A stretch of 64,000 nucleotides of DNA. It comes from a virus. Where the stretch lies: positions 1-64,000 of IMG/VR virus record IMGVR_UViG_3300020190_000032; one strand, 5' to 3'. Positions 25,536-36,242 of this stretch are shown here, in pieces; the stretch's first letter is position 1, and every line of letters starts with the position of its first letter. Made by a program: the position numbers and the translations under genes. Under the pieces are notes generated by a model. That model ran no database searches. It saw only the letters and a program-made list of their open reading frames with translations, and had not been told where the DNA came from.

Positions 25536-28500
25536 ATGGCTCTGCAGATAAGGAGGGTAACAGAAGCGCAGCGCCCTTTGATTACACCTGTTATAGGAGA
25601 GCCGGTATATGCATACGATTCCAATAAGCTCTATGTTGGGGATGGTACTACACCAGGTGGGATTAATGTCATTGAGACTATCCTTGTGCAGGATTTTCTC
25701 GATGCCGAACTGGAAAATGAAGATTTAATTCATGGTACGTTTATATATTATTCAGACGCCGAGAATAAATGGAAAATTGGCAAGCCAATAATTACGACAA
25801 GCGACCTTGAAGATGTAACCGAAGCAGAGGATCTTGAGCCTGGCTTCATGATCGTTTATAATTCTACGACTGAAAAATGGGTTATTCGAGAACAATTGCC
25901 TAAGGCTATCACAGATATTGATGGCATCTCTATTGAAGAAAACCTAGCGGTTGATAGTCTTTTAGAGTATAACGAAGAGACCCAGAACTTTGAATCAAAA
26001 CCAATTCCGCCAGTACCTTCAATTGGCGATTTACTTGGTGTTGAAATTACGGATCCCGAGAAGAGGGGTCACATGCTTTTCTTGGATGAAACCACGAATA
26101 ACTTTTTTAACGAATATGTTTTAAGTACAACCAAGGCAAATTATCACGCAAATTTGTCTAATTTAAATAATCTTGATACCATCAAATATAACGGGACTAG
26201 TGGTCTTTTTGAAAAGAGCACACCGTTTCTTAAAGATGTAAACCTGGTGAGCCTTGATGGCCTTGAGGAACCGCCTCCGGATGATGTCACAATTGAGGTA
26301 ATCATTAATGACGGAAAATTTATCTTTGATGAAGTCAGGGTAGCGCCTATCCTCAAACTTTTTAATGATCGTGATTATATCTTTGACCTCTCAGATCCAT
26401 CTTTACTTGGTAAAACATTTAGGTTCTCTACGACACTTGACGGCACACATAGTATTGACCCTCCTGGGGTAATACTGGAAAGTAACAGATTTGTAATTAC
26501 GGGAACTCCTGGTGTTGATGGCGAGTTCAGAATAAACTTTACAGGATTTGGAGAAAATCCCCCGCCAAATGACTTTTTCTATTTTTGTGTAGAGGAGCCG
26601 GAATTCGGAAATGCAGTTCAGGTGACGCCACCGCCAGCTCCCAAGCCTTTTGTTATGCAATGGGATGATACGCTGGAAGCTTTTAATGCAAAAAGATTTA
26701 GCTATACACTTGGAGAGTTTGGCAATGTTTTAATCACTTCTGATGAAGAAGGTAATATAGCCAACTATCAAATGTTGAGCTGGGATGCTGGATTACAGAA
26801 GTGGACAACTCCTCTTGACAGAGTTGCTGGTGTTGGCATTGGCAATTCACTGCCTAGGACCAGGACGCAATTCTCAAATGCAATGTGGAGAGGTGGCGTA
26901 CAGGGCTTAGGGACTTTTGACTTAAATTTAGAAGACGGAGAAGAACTTAAAAGTATCAAGATTAATCTTGATGAGCTTGAAATTGAAGGACAAGAGGAAG
27001 AATTTGATGCATTCTTCTTTGATAGCGAAGAAGAGCGCGAAGAGTTCATGGAAGCTCTTGAGGAGGCCGAGCGAGCATTAGGTCCTGGTGGGATCTTATC
27101 GAGAGAGGCAATTGATGCAATTGCCAAAGAAAAAGGCGCAAAAGTAGCGCGAATGAAAACAAATAAAAAGGAATACACTCGTACTGGTAAATCAGCTTTA
27201 AATAGACCTGGATTAGAAGTCGTCGGCGGCGGCGGCGGCGGTTTTGGAGGCGGATTTGGTGGTCTCTCTGGATTAGCTCTCGCCACGGTCGCGGCGGGAG
27301 GCGGCGGCGGTGGAGGCGGCGGCGGGGGCGGTGGTGGAGGTGCTGGATCTGATGAGCCTGGCCTTGACGCACTAACTACGCCAGTTCCAAGTCCGGAAGA
27401 AGAGGCTGAGGCATTTAAAGATGCTTACAAAAATCTTGGTAATAATTTAAAAAAAGTCTTTGGCGCTTTAATGGCAAGGCGTCGTTTATTAAAGAAGTTA
27501 CTGCCTGATTCACTTGCTGGTGGTGGCAGTGGCGGTGGGCTTGAACTTGAATTTGAAACCGTAGATCCAACTGGTGCATCAAGTCAAGACAAGCCTCCAA
27601 TTATGATGGGCTGGAGAGCTAGTACCGATGTCTATGGTTACTATTATTTCACCTATACCCAGCGTGCATCTGCATTAACTTATAACAGTAGAAATCATTG
27701 GCTGCTGGCTCAATCTTACATGCGACGTTGTGCTTGCACGATAAGCAGGCTGAATACATTTAAAGTTGTTTATTATTATGACGCTGATGATTCCCGCTTT
27801 ATGGCGGGTGAATGGCTGCGAATTGTTGAGTGGCAAAATCCTTCATCTCTTTATACAGGACAATTAGACGAATTCACTTCTACAACTATTCGTGACACGC
27901 TTGAGGAGTGGGATCCAGGCACAACTTACAGAAAAGGATCAAGGGTAATTTATGATGATAAGGTTTGGGAATGTCTAATTGAAACCTCAACCGCATCAGC
28001 ACCTGCTCCAGGTACTAAGCCGGCACCGTTATCTGTTAGCGGTGAAACCGTACAAATGTTTGTTGAGATACCGGCATTCAGTGTAAAATCCCAATTGTTC
28101 GAAGGTGTTTATCAATTAAGATGTACGCCAGGAAAAAATACTTTTGGTGGAAAAACACACCCTGTCTTCAGATTTGGCGAACCTGGTGACGATGCCGACT
28201 TTGTTTACGTTGGCGTTAATTTGCAAACGCAAAGCGCCTTAAGTGTATTGCCAGAGGGTGCAGGCAATATCCAAATTCATGTTAACAATAAAGCTGCACA
28301 CCGTCAGAATCTAGCCAATCAGAATGCAGACATTGGAGTCTTCATGTATGACATCAATGTTCATTCTGCGCTTCAGCATTTAATGGTTGCAGAATTTCAA
28401 ACATTTAATATTGAGAAACGTCTTGGAGAATGCAATTTAGCCGCTAGTGTTTTACAGTATTCTAATGAACGTTCTTTTAGTCTTAGTCTTGGGAATAGCT

Positions 28501-31500
28501 CTGGGGCAACACCTCCCACGACCGGACAGAATTCCATGCCGGGCGGAATTGTCACCTATAGAGGTATCTTCAGACCATATGGCAACCAAGGTTATTTTAT
28601 TGATGGCTTGAATGTTAATGCGGCAGATGGTGCTGCTTGTTTCAACCTGGATGGTGGCCTTCATAATGATGGGGCTGTTCAACCTGCTGGTTATACCTTC
28701 TTAGAAAACCTGCCTAGACCCATTTTGGATGCGAATGGAACTGGAGCATCGTTTATATCTAATTTTTATACATGGCGTAGAACTGATTACAGCGACTTTG
28801 TATTCTATTTGCCCAAAACACTTGGCGGAGGAAGAGATGCTTTACTGGGAGATAGAATTAAATATAGAAATGTTCCAAATACTTCAACCCTAATTGTTCC
28901 CAGCACTGGGTCTCCATACGCCCCTCCCGTCAATCAAACATTGGGTGAGAATGGCCCATTTAATATGAATCTGCAACCTGCAGTTGGCTCGAATCATGTT
29001 TATGGCGTGAGATGGTGTGTCAAGAGACGTGGTGCTCCTTTGACCCCGAAGACCCAAAAGGTTGGAGAGAAAGACCTAGGTACAATTACAGATGCGAATG
29101 GTAACGTTATAGCTACGAATGTAGAACAGTCAGCCGCAGAGCCGGGGCAGACTTGGACTAAAGACAAAACAGTTGATGTTTTGGAGGTTGTTGCAGGCAA
29201 TGACATTAAGACTGGGGAAGCAGGCACTGCTACTGCAAGTCTTGGGCGAATCGTGGCAAGTAAGTCTGCGGTTTGTATTGGTCTCTGCGACGAAAGTTCA
29301 ATCTTCCAATATGGATCTTATCGCTATGATCGATGGCAAAGTTTTAGATCAGAGTTTCCCAATAGACCTCACTGGTTACTTGTGCCTAGTGAAGGTAATT
29401 CTATTTATACTGCACCATTTCCACATTCAACGCTTGATTATGGTGCCTTAACAAACATAATAAGTCCTACGCAATTTGGTGGATCGGCCGGCGTAGTTGT
29501 TGCCAAAATACCTCCACAAGGAAATGGTAGTGGCTTTGTAAATGCCAGTTGGGTTGGTGGTGGTTTTATTGGGAACACCTCCCAGCCAGTTCCAGATAAT
29601 AGGGAAATTTTAATCTTAAGATTCCCTATGGGTACTGGAACTGATCAATCTACTCAGTGGACGTACCATTGGTACTATTTTGTTGATGGAACCACGGTTA
29701 GCAATACTTTTGTCGCTGGTTTAGTCCAAACTAGTGTGTTTTCTGAGCAGGCTGACAATAAATGGACATCTGTTGCATGGTCTCCTGGCCTTTCCCGTTA
29801 TGTGGCTGTAGCTAATTTGTATGGTAGCAATGATGTCATGTACAGCGCCAACGGTAAGCGCTGGACAGGGATCTTTGGTTCTTTTGTAAATGCTGGATCA
29901 CATGGTACAGTCTTATGGGCATCTAATATCAATAAGTTTGTATCTTTCTCCGGTTCAGACTCATTACATGGCAATATTTCTACTTCATCAAAGATCGCAA
30001 CAAGTAGTGATGGTATAACTTGGGTTCAGCAAAGCGTCGCGTTATCGCCAAATGCTCCAACGTTGTCATGGTATAAAGCAATAACATGCGCAGCATACTC
30101 ACCTCAACTTGGATTAATTGTAGCCCTCTCTCCGCAGAGTGGTCAGCCCGGCGCATCTGTATTGAGAAGTACTAATGGTGTTGACTGGATTCATGGATCT
30201 TCTCCAAATAGTGAGTCATTGAACTGGTCTAGCATTTGCTGGTCGCCCGAAAAGAATTTATTTGTTGCTGTTCATGATACGAACAGTCCGAATTTCAACA
30301 CTCCAGTGATGACGAGTCCAGATGGTATCAACTGGACTGCCAGAAGCGTTCCAAATAGTGAAGCAAATAGGTTCAAATCAGTTGTATGGGCTAAAGAACT
30401 TGGATTGTTTGTTGCCATTGGTATTTATGGAACAGCTAACAACGATGTAATGACAAGTCCAGATGGGATTACCTGGACCCTGAGATCTACAAATAAATTT
30501 TTGCCATGGAAATCAATCGCCTACTCTTCAAAGTTGCAGTTATTAGTCGCAATTACAGATCAGCAAAATGTTAGTGGGGCAATTATTACCAGTCCTGATG
30601 GCATTGTTTGGACTACCAGGTTAAATCCAGCCCCGGCAAATTCTTGGTCTTCTGTTATTTGGAATCCAGACAGAGAGGAATTTTTGGCTGTGGCTAGTTA
30701 TGGTGTTGGTGATAGGGTTATGACAAGTATTGATGGTATCAACTGGTCGACTCAGACAAGCGTTTCTTGGCCGCCGTCAGGCACAATGGGTCAATACATA
30801 CGATGGGATCACATTGTTAACGGTGTTGGCACCCAGATTACAACAGGGAATCCACCGGAAATACAAAAGTTTAACCCGATCAGCAAAAATCAAAAGAGTT
30901 CTCTGCCTCTTACTTATACTTTATCTCCAGGATACAATCCAACCTGGACATCTGCCGGCAGTGAGTTCTTTAAAGCAAATATGGTTTGGATCGCCGATCC
31001 AGCCCTTGATGATGGAGGGGAAAGATCGCTCAAGAGCTTAGAGGACCAAGAGATTACAATTTCCTATCGGATGAGGATACCTTCTGGTATCAGCAGCTTG
31101 ACTCAGAGCTTGAAGATCAAAGGTGCTGCTGACAATCAGATGACCGTTCAAGTCTTAAATCCAGTCACAAATGTAACTTATACTTTGTTGCAGTCTACAA
31201 GTTTTGCAAATACGACAGAAGTAACCATCCCACTTATACAGGTTGAACAATACTTTAGTCCTCAGCAGGTACATACTCAAGGTAAGTGGCTTGTTTTGAT
31301 GGTAAAACTTAAAAACTTGCCGAGGCCAGGCTTACCACTTACCGAGTTATACAATGTAAATTCATCAGCCTTTGCGCTATCAATTAATGCCACAATTTAT
31401 GGAACTGAATATACATTATTCAACGCAAAGGAATGGGCAAGCATACAACACGCTATCTATGGTCAAGGACTCCATAATCAAATGGGTACGCCAACAAATA

Positions 31501-31790
31501 GAATGATTGAAGCGGCATTGGGGGCTCCAAGCTATGGTCCGTATGCAGTGGTTAGAGATAATGGTAATAATACTAATATTACGGACTGGTTTGCAATGTG
31601 CGGTTTAGAAGGAAGACCAGTTGGAACTGTGATTGGTCTCTTTGTTGATAGATCTGGTTCCATGACACAAAGTACAATTCAAGCATCTTATACTTATTTT
31701 TATGAAAGGTGTCAGCAAGCCGGATTAATTATCAATGAGGTTCAGAATTCAAATGAAGACTGGATAACTCCATTTATTACTGAAATTTAG
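25536..31790 (+). CDS. Giant multidomain tail fibre / adhesin (2084 aa)
   Basis: Mtd-N-like start (LQIRR...GEPVY...LYVGDG), LxDV/W repeats, poly-Gly linkers, Asp-box propeller repeats (SPDGITWT), C-terminal FVDRSGSM. Confidence 0.8.
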   Translation: MALQIRRVTEAQRPLITPVIGEPVYAYDSNKLYVGDGTTPGGINVIETILVQDFLDAELENEDLIHGTFIYYSDAENKWKIGKPIITTSDLEDVTEAEDLEPGFMIVYNSTTEKWVIREQLPKAITDIDGISIEENLAVDSLLEYNEETQNFESKPIPPVPSIGDLLGVEITDPEKRGHMLFLDETTNNFFNEYVLSTTKANYHANLSNLNNLDTIKYNGTSGLFEKSTPFLKDVNLVSLDGLEEPPPDDVTIEVIINDGKFIFDEVRVAPILKLFNDRDYIFDLSDPSLLGKTFRFSTTLDGTHSIDPPGVILESNRFVITGTPGVDGEFRINFTGFGENPPPNDFFYFCVEEPEFGNAVQVTPPPAPKPFVMQWDDTLEAFNAKRFSYTLGEFGNVLITSDEEGNIANYQMLSWDAGLQKWTTPLDRVAGVGIGNSLPRTRTQFSNAMWRGGVQGLGTFDLNLEDGEELKSIKINLDELEIEGQEEEFDAFFFDSEEEREEFMEALEEAERALGPGGILSREAIDAIAKEKGAKVARMKTNKKEYTRTGKSALNRPGLEVVGGGGGGFGGGFGGLSGLALATVAAGGGGGGGGGGGGGGGAGSDEPGLDALTTPVPSPEEEAEAFKDAYKNLGNNLKKVFGALMARRRLLKKLLPDSLAGGGSGGGLELEFETVDPTGASSQDKPPIMMGWRASTDVYGYYYFTYTQRASALTYNSRNHWLLAQSYMRRCACTISRLNTFKVVYYYDADDSRFMAGEWLRIVEWQNPSSLYTGQLDEFTSTTIRDTLEEWDPGTTYRKGSRVIYDDKVWECLIETSTASAPAPGTKPAPLSVSGETVQMFVEIPAFSVKSQLFEGVYQLRCTPGKNTFGGKTHPVFRFGEPGDDADFVYVGVNLQTQSALSVLPEGAGNIQIHVNNKAAHRQNLANQNADIGVFMYDINVHSALQHLMVAEFQTFNIEKRLGECNLAASVLQYSNERSFSLSLGNSSGATPPTTGQNSMPGGIVTYRGIFRPYGNQGYFIDGLNVNAADGAACFNLDGGLHNDGAVQPAGYTFLENLPRPILDANGTGASFISNFYTWRRTDYSDFVFYLPKTLGGGRDALLGDRIKYRNVPNTSTLIVPSTGSPYAPPVNQTLGENGPFNMNLQPAVGSNHVYGVRWCVKRRGAPLTPKTQKVGEKDLGTITDANGNVIATNVEQSAAEPGQTWTKDKTVDVLEVVAGNDIKTGEAGTATASLGRIVASKSAVCIGLCDESSIFQYGSYRYDRWQSFRSEFPNRPHWLLVPSEGNSIYTAPFPHSTLDYGALTNIISPTQFGGSAGVVVAKIPPQGNGSGFVNASWVGGGFIGNTSQPVPDNREILILRFPMGTGTDQSTQWTYHWYYFVDGTTVSNTFVAGLVQTSVFSEQADNKWTSVAWSPGLSRYVAVANLYGSNDVMYSANGKRWTGIFGSFVNAGSHGTVLWASNINKFVSFSGSDSLHGNISTSSKIATSSDGITWVQQSVALSPNAPTLSWYKAITCAAYSPQLGLIVALSPQSGQPGASVLRSTNGVDWIHGSSPNSESLNWSSICWSPEKNLFVAVHDTNSPNFNTPVMTSPDGINWTARSVPNSEANRFKSVVWAKELGLFVAIGIYGTANNDVMTSPDGITWTLRSTNKFLPWKSIAYSSKLQLLVAITDQQNVSGAIITSPDGIVWTTRLNPAPANSWSSVIWNPDREEFLAVASYGVGDRVMTSIDGINWSTQTSVSWPPSGTMGQYIRWDHIVNGVGTQITTGNPPEIQKFNPISKNQKSSLPLTYTLSPGYNPTWTSAGSEFFKANMVWIADPALDDGGERSLKSLEDQEITISYRMRIPSGISSLTQSLKIKGAADNQMTVQVLNPVTNVTYTLLQSTSFANTTEVTIPLIQVEQYFSPQQVHTQGKWLVLMVKLKNLPRPGLPLTELYNVNSSAFALSINATIYGTEYTLFNAKEWASIQHAIYGQGLHNQMGTPTNRMIEAALGAPSYGPYAVVRDNGNNTNITDWFAMCGLEGRPVGTVIGLFVDRSGSMTQSTIQASYTYFYERCQQAGLIINEVQNSNEDWITPFITEI

Positions 31791-31822
31791 GGAGGGAATA
31801 CTATTTTGACTTAGGATTCGCC

Positions 31823-33832
31823 GTGGCACTTCAGTTTCGCAGGGGCACAGAAGAAGAACGGGAGCAAACTACTTTTGTCCCCCTGCTTGGGGAGCCGGTA
31901 TATACAACTGATACCAAACGTCTTTATGTCGGAGACGGTAGTACGGCTGGAGGGAATCCTGTTGGCTTTAATAATAAATTAAGTGATTTACAGGATGTAG
32001 AATTAATATCGGAAGTAAGCATTCCTATCTCCGCTATCGCCGCGACCGCTGGCGTTGTATCGATAGTTACTACCTTGCCGCACGGATTAGAGACTGGTCA
32101 ATTTCTGTATGTTTATTCAACGTCTCGCGCAGCAGTTAATGGCGTAAGACAGATAACGGTTACCGGAATCACCTCGTTAACATTTCAAGCTGCTACACCA
32201 GATTTTCCAAGTACAAATGACGCAGGCGCCGTAAAATACGAACCACAAGATAAAGCGATACTTGCTTGGGATCAAGCAACTGGAAAATGGGGTGAGCAGG
32301 TTTATGTTTATAAGCTTGAAGATTTGGGTGATGTTCGAATTACAAATCCCCAACAAAATCATATTATTCAATACACAGCAATTCCTGTTGGGAACATAAC
32401 AGACGAAGAAGATCAGATTGTTGAATCTGGTGTTGAAGAGCCGGATAATATTCCAGAAGGGTTGACATGGACTCAAACAGGAACAATCTCAAAATTCTTA
32501 AATAAGCAATTTGGTATTGGGATTGACAATTTAACTGATGTACTTATAAACCAATCTACTCTTTCGGATAACCAAATTCTTGCCTATGATTCTACGCTAA
32601 CAATATGGAAGAACCAAGATTATGTGAATGATATCAACGATCTTGCCGATGTAGATTTAACAGCGTTACCTGATCTAACACAAAATCTTGCAAGAATTTA
32701 CATTGGAGGATCTTTTGCTAAAAATGACAAAGTTAATGTTCAGATTACTGGAACCTTGTACACTTATACAGTTACTCAGCAAGATATAAACAATATTGAG
32801 GAAACCACCAGCACAGATGCGCAGTTTGATGCAGAGATGTTGCTGCTGATTGCTGGTCGGATTCGTGATCAAATAAATGCTGACGAAGATTGTCCTGTCG
32901 TTGCGACTAGGTCAAATGGTGTAATCACGTTAACTCCAAAAACAGCTCCAGTAAATCTAAATTTAACAGTAAGTATTGATGAAGCAGATCCAACGGATGC
33001 TTTTGTTCCCACAATAACCAAATTTGAACCAATAACTTCTCAAGTTTTATCATATGATGGAACAAAGTGGACTAACAAAGCTCTTGAAATAAATAATTTC
33101 AGTCTTAATGCTTTAAATGATGTTGATATTGATAATCCTGAGAATGGTCAGATCCTGCAATATAACTCTACTAGTTCTACATGGAAAAACGTAGCGAACT
33201 TTATCAGCTTAAGTCAATTTGCGGATGTAGAAATAATTGATCCGGAGAATGGTAATGCACTTATTTATAATGATACAAACGATAAGTTTGAAACAAGGTC
33301 TTTTATACTTGATGACCTAATAGATGTTAACGACCCAAGCTTTACAGAAATTATACCTGATGGCGCCATTCTGGCGTATGACGAAGCAGCGGAAGCCTGG
33401 ACACCTCAACAGTTTTCAAGTTTGTCTTCCAGGACTGAAGTAAGTTTTTATAGTGGCCCACTTGAAAACCTTGAAGTAACAACTGTAGATTTTGAAGCGT
33501 TTACTGGGTACGCTTTATTCAAGATGAAAGCTTCAGCCCCGTGTACCGTTACGTTCTATGTAAGTGACTATGAGCGCGAATTTGACCTTGATAGAGCTGA
33601 AGATGAACTGCCAAGAGTTGGGGCTGGAATTTTTGCTGAACTTACTCCAACTGACACATCTTGGAGGAGAGTAGCGCCTGTGATTTATGGTTTTAATGAT
33701 GATGTACCGATCACAAGGACTGCATATGCTAAGGTAAGAAATAGAAGTGGTTATTACCAGCAAAATATACAAATTTCATTGGTGATACTTCAAATTGAAG
33801 AAGATCCCGAGCAGGCTGGCGAGGGAGACTAG
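31823..33832 (+). CDS. Tail fibre-like protein
   Basis: MALQFRRGT...LGEPVYTTDTKRLYVGDG; repeated LxDLxDVxIxxPxxGxxLxY...W units. Confidence 0.8.
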   Translation: MALQFRRGTEEEREQTTFVPLLGEPVYTTDTKRLYVGDGSTAGGNPVGFNNKLSDLQDVELISEVSIPISAIAATAGVVSIVTTLPHGLETGQFLYVYSTSRAAVNGVRQITVTGITSLTFQAATPDFPSTNDAGAVKYEPQDKAILAWDQATGKWGEQVYVYKLEDLGDVRITNPQQNHIIQYTAIPVGNITDEEDQIVESGVEEPDNIPEGLTWTQTGTISKFLNKQFGIGIDNLTDVLINQSTLSDNQILAYDSTLTIWKNQDYVNDINDLADVDLTALPDLTQNLARIYIGGSFAKNDKVNVQITGTLYTYTVTQQDINNIEETTSTDAQFDAEMLLLIAGRIRDQINADEDCPVVATRSNGVITLTPKTAPVNLNLTVSIDEADPTDAFVPTITKFEPITSQVLSYDGTKWTNKALEINNFSLNALNDVDIDNPENGQILQYNSTSSTWKNVANFISLSQFADVEIIDPENGNALIYNDTNDKFETRSFILDDLIDVNDPSFTEIIPDGAILAYDEAAEAWTPQQFSSLSSRTEVSFYSGPLENLEVTTVDFEAFTGYALFKMKASAPCTVTFYVSDYEREFDLDRAEDELPRVGAGIFAELTPTDTSWRRVAPVIYGFNDDVPITRTAYAKVRNRSGYYQQNIQISLVILQIEEDPEQAGEGD

Positions 33833-33893
33833 ACGCCTTAACAATAGGTATCCTACGTCGCACTAAACAAGGAGCAGTGATTGCTCTTTTTAT

Positions 33894-34622
33894 ATGAACG
33901 AAGAACTGAATCAGGCGACCGAGATGGAAGCCACGCAGGTTCCGGAAACAACTGTTGAAGAGACAGGGGTTGAAGAAAAAGAGGATATTCAAAATCTTCT
34001 TAAGGCATTAAAATCCGAAAGAGAAGCTCGTAAGACTTATGAGCGTCAAATTAAAGAGAAGGAAAAACAGTTAGAAAAGTTTAAAGAGTTTAATCCGGAA
34101 GAGTATCGCAAACTTCAGGCCGATGCCGCTCGCGCTGCGGAAATTGAATCGCGTTATGGCGAATCAATCCGTGCCATTGAAGAAAAATACGGCCGCCAAG
34201 CGGCAGAAGCAGAGCAAAGAGCGAAAGAGCTTGAATCAAAGAACCGAGAGTTCATTAAACGGTATGCATTAGAGAAAGTATTTAATTCCGCTGGTGGTAG
34301 AACTGATTCCGCTGACGGTATTTCTTTCTTTGATATGTTTGCCAGTCAACTGAGCTCTCGTTTTCGGCAGGAACCTGACGGCAGTCTGACGCCACTTGAC
34401 TCACAGGGGGACCCAATCCTTGATACCGAGACAGGTAAGCGTTTGACGCCTGAAGAGTTTGTTGCGCAGTTTAAGTCTCATCCTGTTTATGGTACATTTT
34501 TTAAGGGTGTCAAAGGTTCTGGAGCTGGCTTGAATTATGGTGGCACTGATGCCAATGGTCAACCAATTGAGGATCTTTCGTCTTTATCTCGGGACGAATT
34601 ATTCTTGAAAGCCTTTGGCTGA
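33894..34622 (+). CDS. Capsid scaffolding protein
   Basis: Acidic N-terminus, coiled coil (LKALKSEREARK), FFKGVKGSGAG near the end; directly before the capsid gene. Confidence 0.8.
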   Translation: MNEELNQATEMEATQVPETTVEETGVEEKEDIQNLLKALKSEREARKTYERQIKEKEKQLEKFKEFNPEEYRKLQADAARAAEIESRYGESIRAIEEKYGRQAAEAEQRAKELESKNREFIKRYALEKVFNSAGGRTDSADGISFFDMFASQLSSRFRQEPDGSLTPLDSQGDPILDTETGKRLTPEEFVAQFKSHPVYGTFFKGVKGSGAGLNYGGTDANGQPIEDLSSLSRDELFLKAFG

Positions 34623-34627
34623 AGCGG

Positions 34628-34649
34628 AAGCCCCGAAAGGGGCTTTTTT
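34628..34649 (+). terminator. Intrinsic terminator
   Basis: AAGCCCC-GAAA-GGGGCTT followed by a T run. Confidence 0.85.
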
Positions 34650-34803
34650 ATTGGGAAGAATAAATATTTTTGGAACTATATGATAGAAAGCACCCGGTTT
34701 TGGCTGGCCGAGATGGTTGGGCAGGCAGGGTGTTCCGATGTTGGGGCGTGAGGCCCTAAGCAACGTTTCACCTTTCCTTGTTCACATCTAAAGGAGTCTT
34801 AAA

Positions 34804-35706
34804 ATGGGCCTTAGTTTATCTGAAGCCAAAAAGCATGCTTCTAATCCCCAGGAGCTTGCCGTTATTTCTGAACTCTCCGCTGGTCCCCTGCTGAGCGTTC
34901 TGCCTTTCCGTGAGATCCAGGGCAATGGCCTGTTCTGGAAGCGTGAAGAGTCCCTCGGTGACGTGGGTTTCCGTAACTATAATGCTAGCTACGGTGAAGC
35001 CTATGCTGAGGTGAGCCAGCAGTCTGAAAGCCTCCGTCTGTTCGGTGGCGACATCAAGATTGACCGTGCCATCCTGGACCTCGAGGGTTCTGAATCCCGC
35101 GCTTATCAGGTGCAGGCTAAGACCCGCGCAATGCGTCTTTCCTGGGAGTCGCTGTTCATCAACGGCGATTCGGATCAGTCCCCCAGCGAATTTGACGGCC
35201 TGGCTACTCGCCTGCCGGCTAGTGCCTATGCATCTAACAGCCAAGTGATCCGTAACGCAGCTTCCGCTGCTGCCCTGGACCTGAACGCTCTGGACGAAGC
35301 TATTGACGCTGTGGACGCACAAGGCGGCACCAAGTATCTGGTGATGTCCAAGTCTGCTCGTCGTCACCTGACCAAGCAGGCTCGCACTTCTTCCCAGATT
35401 GATATCGCTCGCAACGAGTTCGGCTACCAGCAAATGGTGTATGCCGGCCTGCCCGTGATTGAGCTGGATCGCGACCACCAGAATGCTCCCATCCTGGACG
35501 GCACCCCCGCTGATCAGTCGATCTATGTGGTGACCTTCGGCGGCGACCTGCTGACCGGTATCCAGAACGGTGGCATTCAGGTGCGTGACCTGGGTGAGTC
35601 CACTGCTTCTCCTCAGGTGGTGATCCGCGTTGAGTGGTACTGCGGTCTGGCCATGATCAATGGTCGCTCGGCTGCTCGCCTGTGCAACGTGAACGCTACT
35701 GCCTGA
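34804..35706 (+). CDS. Major capsid protein
   Basis: 300 aa; LLSVLPF, FINGDS...EFDGL and RVEWYCGLA motifs; strong C-ending codon bias; SD AAGGAG; flanked by terminators. Confidence 0.9.
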   Translation: MGLSLSEAKKHASNPQELAVISELSAGPLLSVLPFREIQGNGLFWKREESLGDVGFRNYNASYGEAYAEVSQQSESLRLFGGDIKIDRAILDLEGSESRAYQVQAKTRAMRLSWESLFINGDSDQSPSEFDGLATRLPASAYASNSQVIRNAASAAALDLNALDEAIDAVDAQGGTKYLVMSKSARRHLTKQARTSSQIDIARNEFGYQQMVYAGLPVIELDRDHQNAPILDGTPADQSIYVVTFGGDLLTGIQNGGIQVRDLGESTASPQVVIRVEWYCGLAMINGRSAARLCNVNATA

Positions 35707-35734
35707 TCTTGATAGACTGGTAAGTGTGGGGAAT

Positions 35735-35758
35735 GAGGGGCTTCGGCCCCTCTTTTTT
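35735..35758 (+). terminator. Intrinsic terminator
   Basis: GAGGGGC-TTCG-GCCCCTC followed by T6. Confidence 0.9.
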
Positions 35759-35838
35759 GCCTTTTAGGAAACATACTTTAGAACCACCAGCGCTTGTTCC
35801 TGATCTGCGCGTTGGTTTTTCCGTCGTTTTTATTAATT

Positions 35839-36189
35839 ATGGCACGTCGTTCTACTGGTATTTTCCCCCGCGAAAAATTTGATCTTGACGCAAATCTGGC
35901 TGTTACCACCAGCGATGCTAATCTGGGTGTGACCCTGAAGTACATCAAGACCATCCGCGTGATTCTCGTTAATAGCGCAATCACAGGCAACGCTACCGTC
36001 ACCTTCAACATTGGCGGCCGCGATGTTGTATTTGGTGCTAATGATCTGGATCTGAATGGTGTTGGTATTGCTCACGTCCGTGGCGCCCTGTGCGACGCTG
36101 ACAACCTGGTGAAGTACACCATTGCTGCTGGCACCGGCACCGCTACTGTTGGCGGCGCTTTCCTCGACGTGGTCGAGAACGTCGGCTGA
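35839..36189 (+). CDS. Putative capsid decoration/cement protein; start MARRSTG
   Basis: Follows the capsid gene with the same high-expression codon bias; beta-rich. Confidence 0.65.
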   Translation: MARRSTGIFPREKFDLDANLAVTTSDANLGVTLKYIKTIRVILVNSAITGNATVTFNIGGRDVVFGANDLDLNGVGIAHVRGALCDADNLVKYTIAAGTGTATVGGAFLDVVENVG

Positions 36190-36210
36190 TTTTTCCTCAA
36201 ACGGAATAAT

Positions 36211-36236
36211 AAGGGTGACTTTTGTCGCCCTTTTTT
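36211..36236 (+). terminator. Hairpin / probable terminator
   Basis: AAGGGTGAC-TTTT-GTCGCCCTT followed by a T run. Confidence 0.6.
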
Positions 36237-36242
36237 ATTGCC

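Noticed and set aside
30290-30760. CRISPR-like periodic repeats (AGTCCAGATGG...)
   Set aside because: These encode Asp-box SPDGIxWT repeats within a CDS and vary at synonymous positions
34816-35478. 220-aa antisense ORF in the capsid gene (also 12612..13097 and 3105..3587)
   Set aside because: Shadow ORFs expected from biased codon usage in well-supported sense genes; no recognisable motifs
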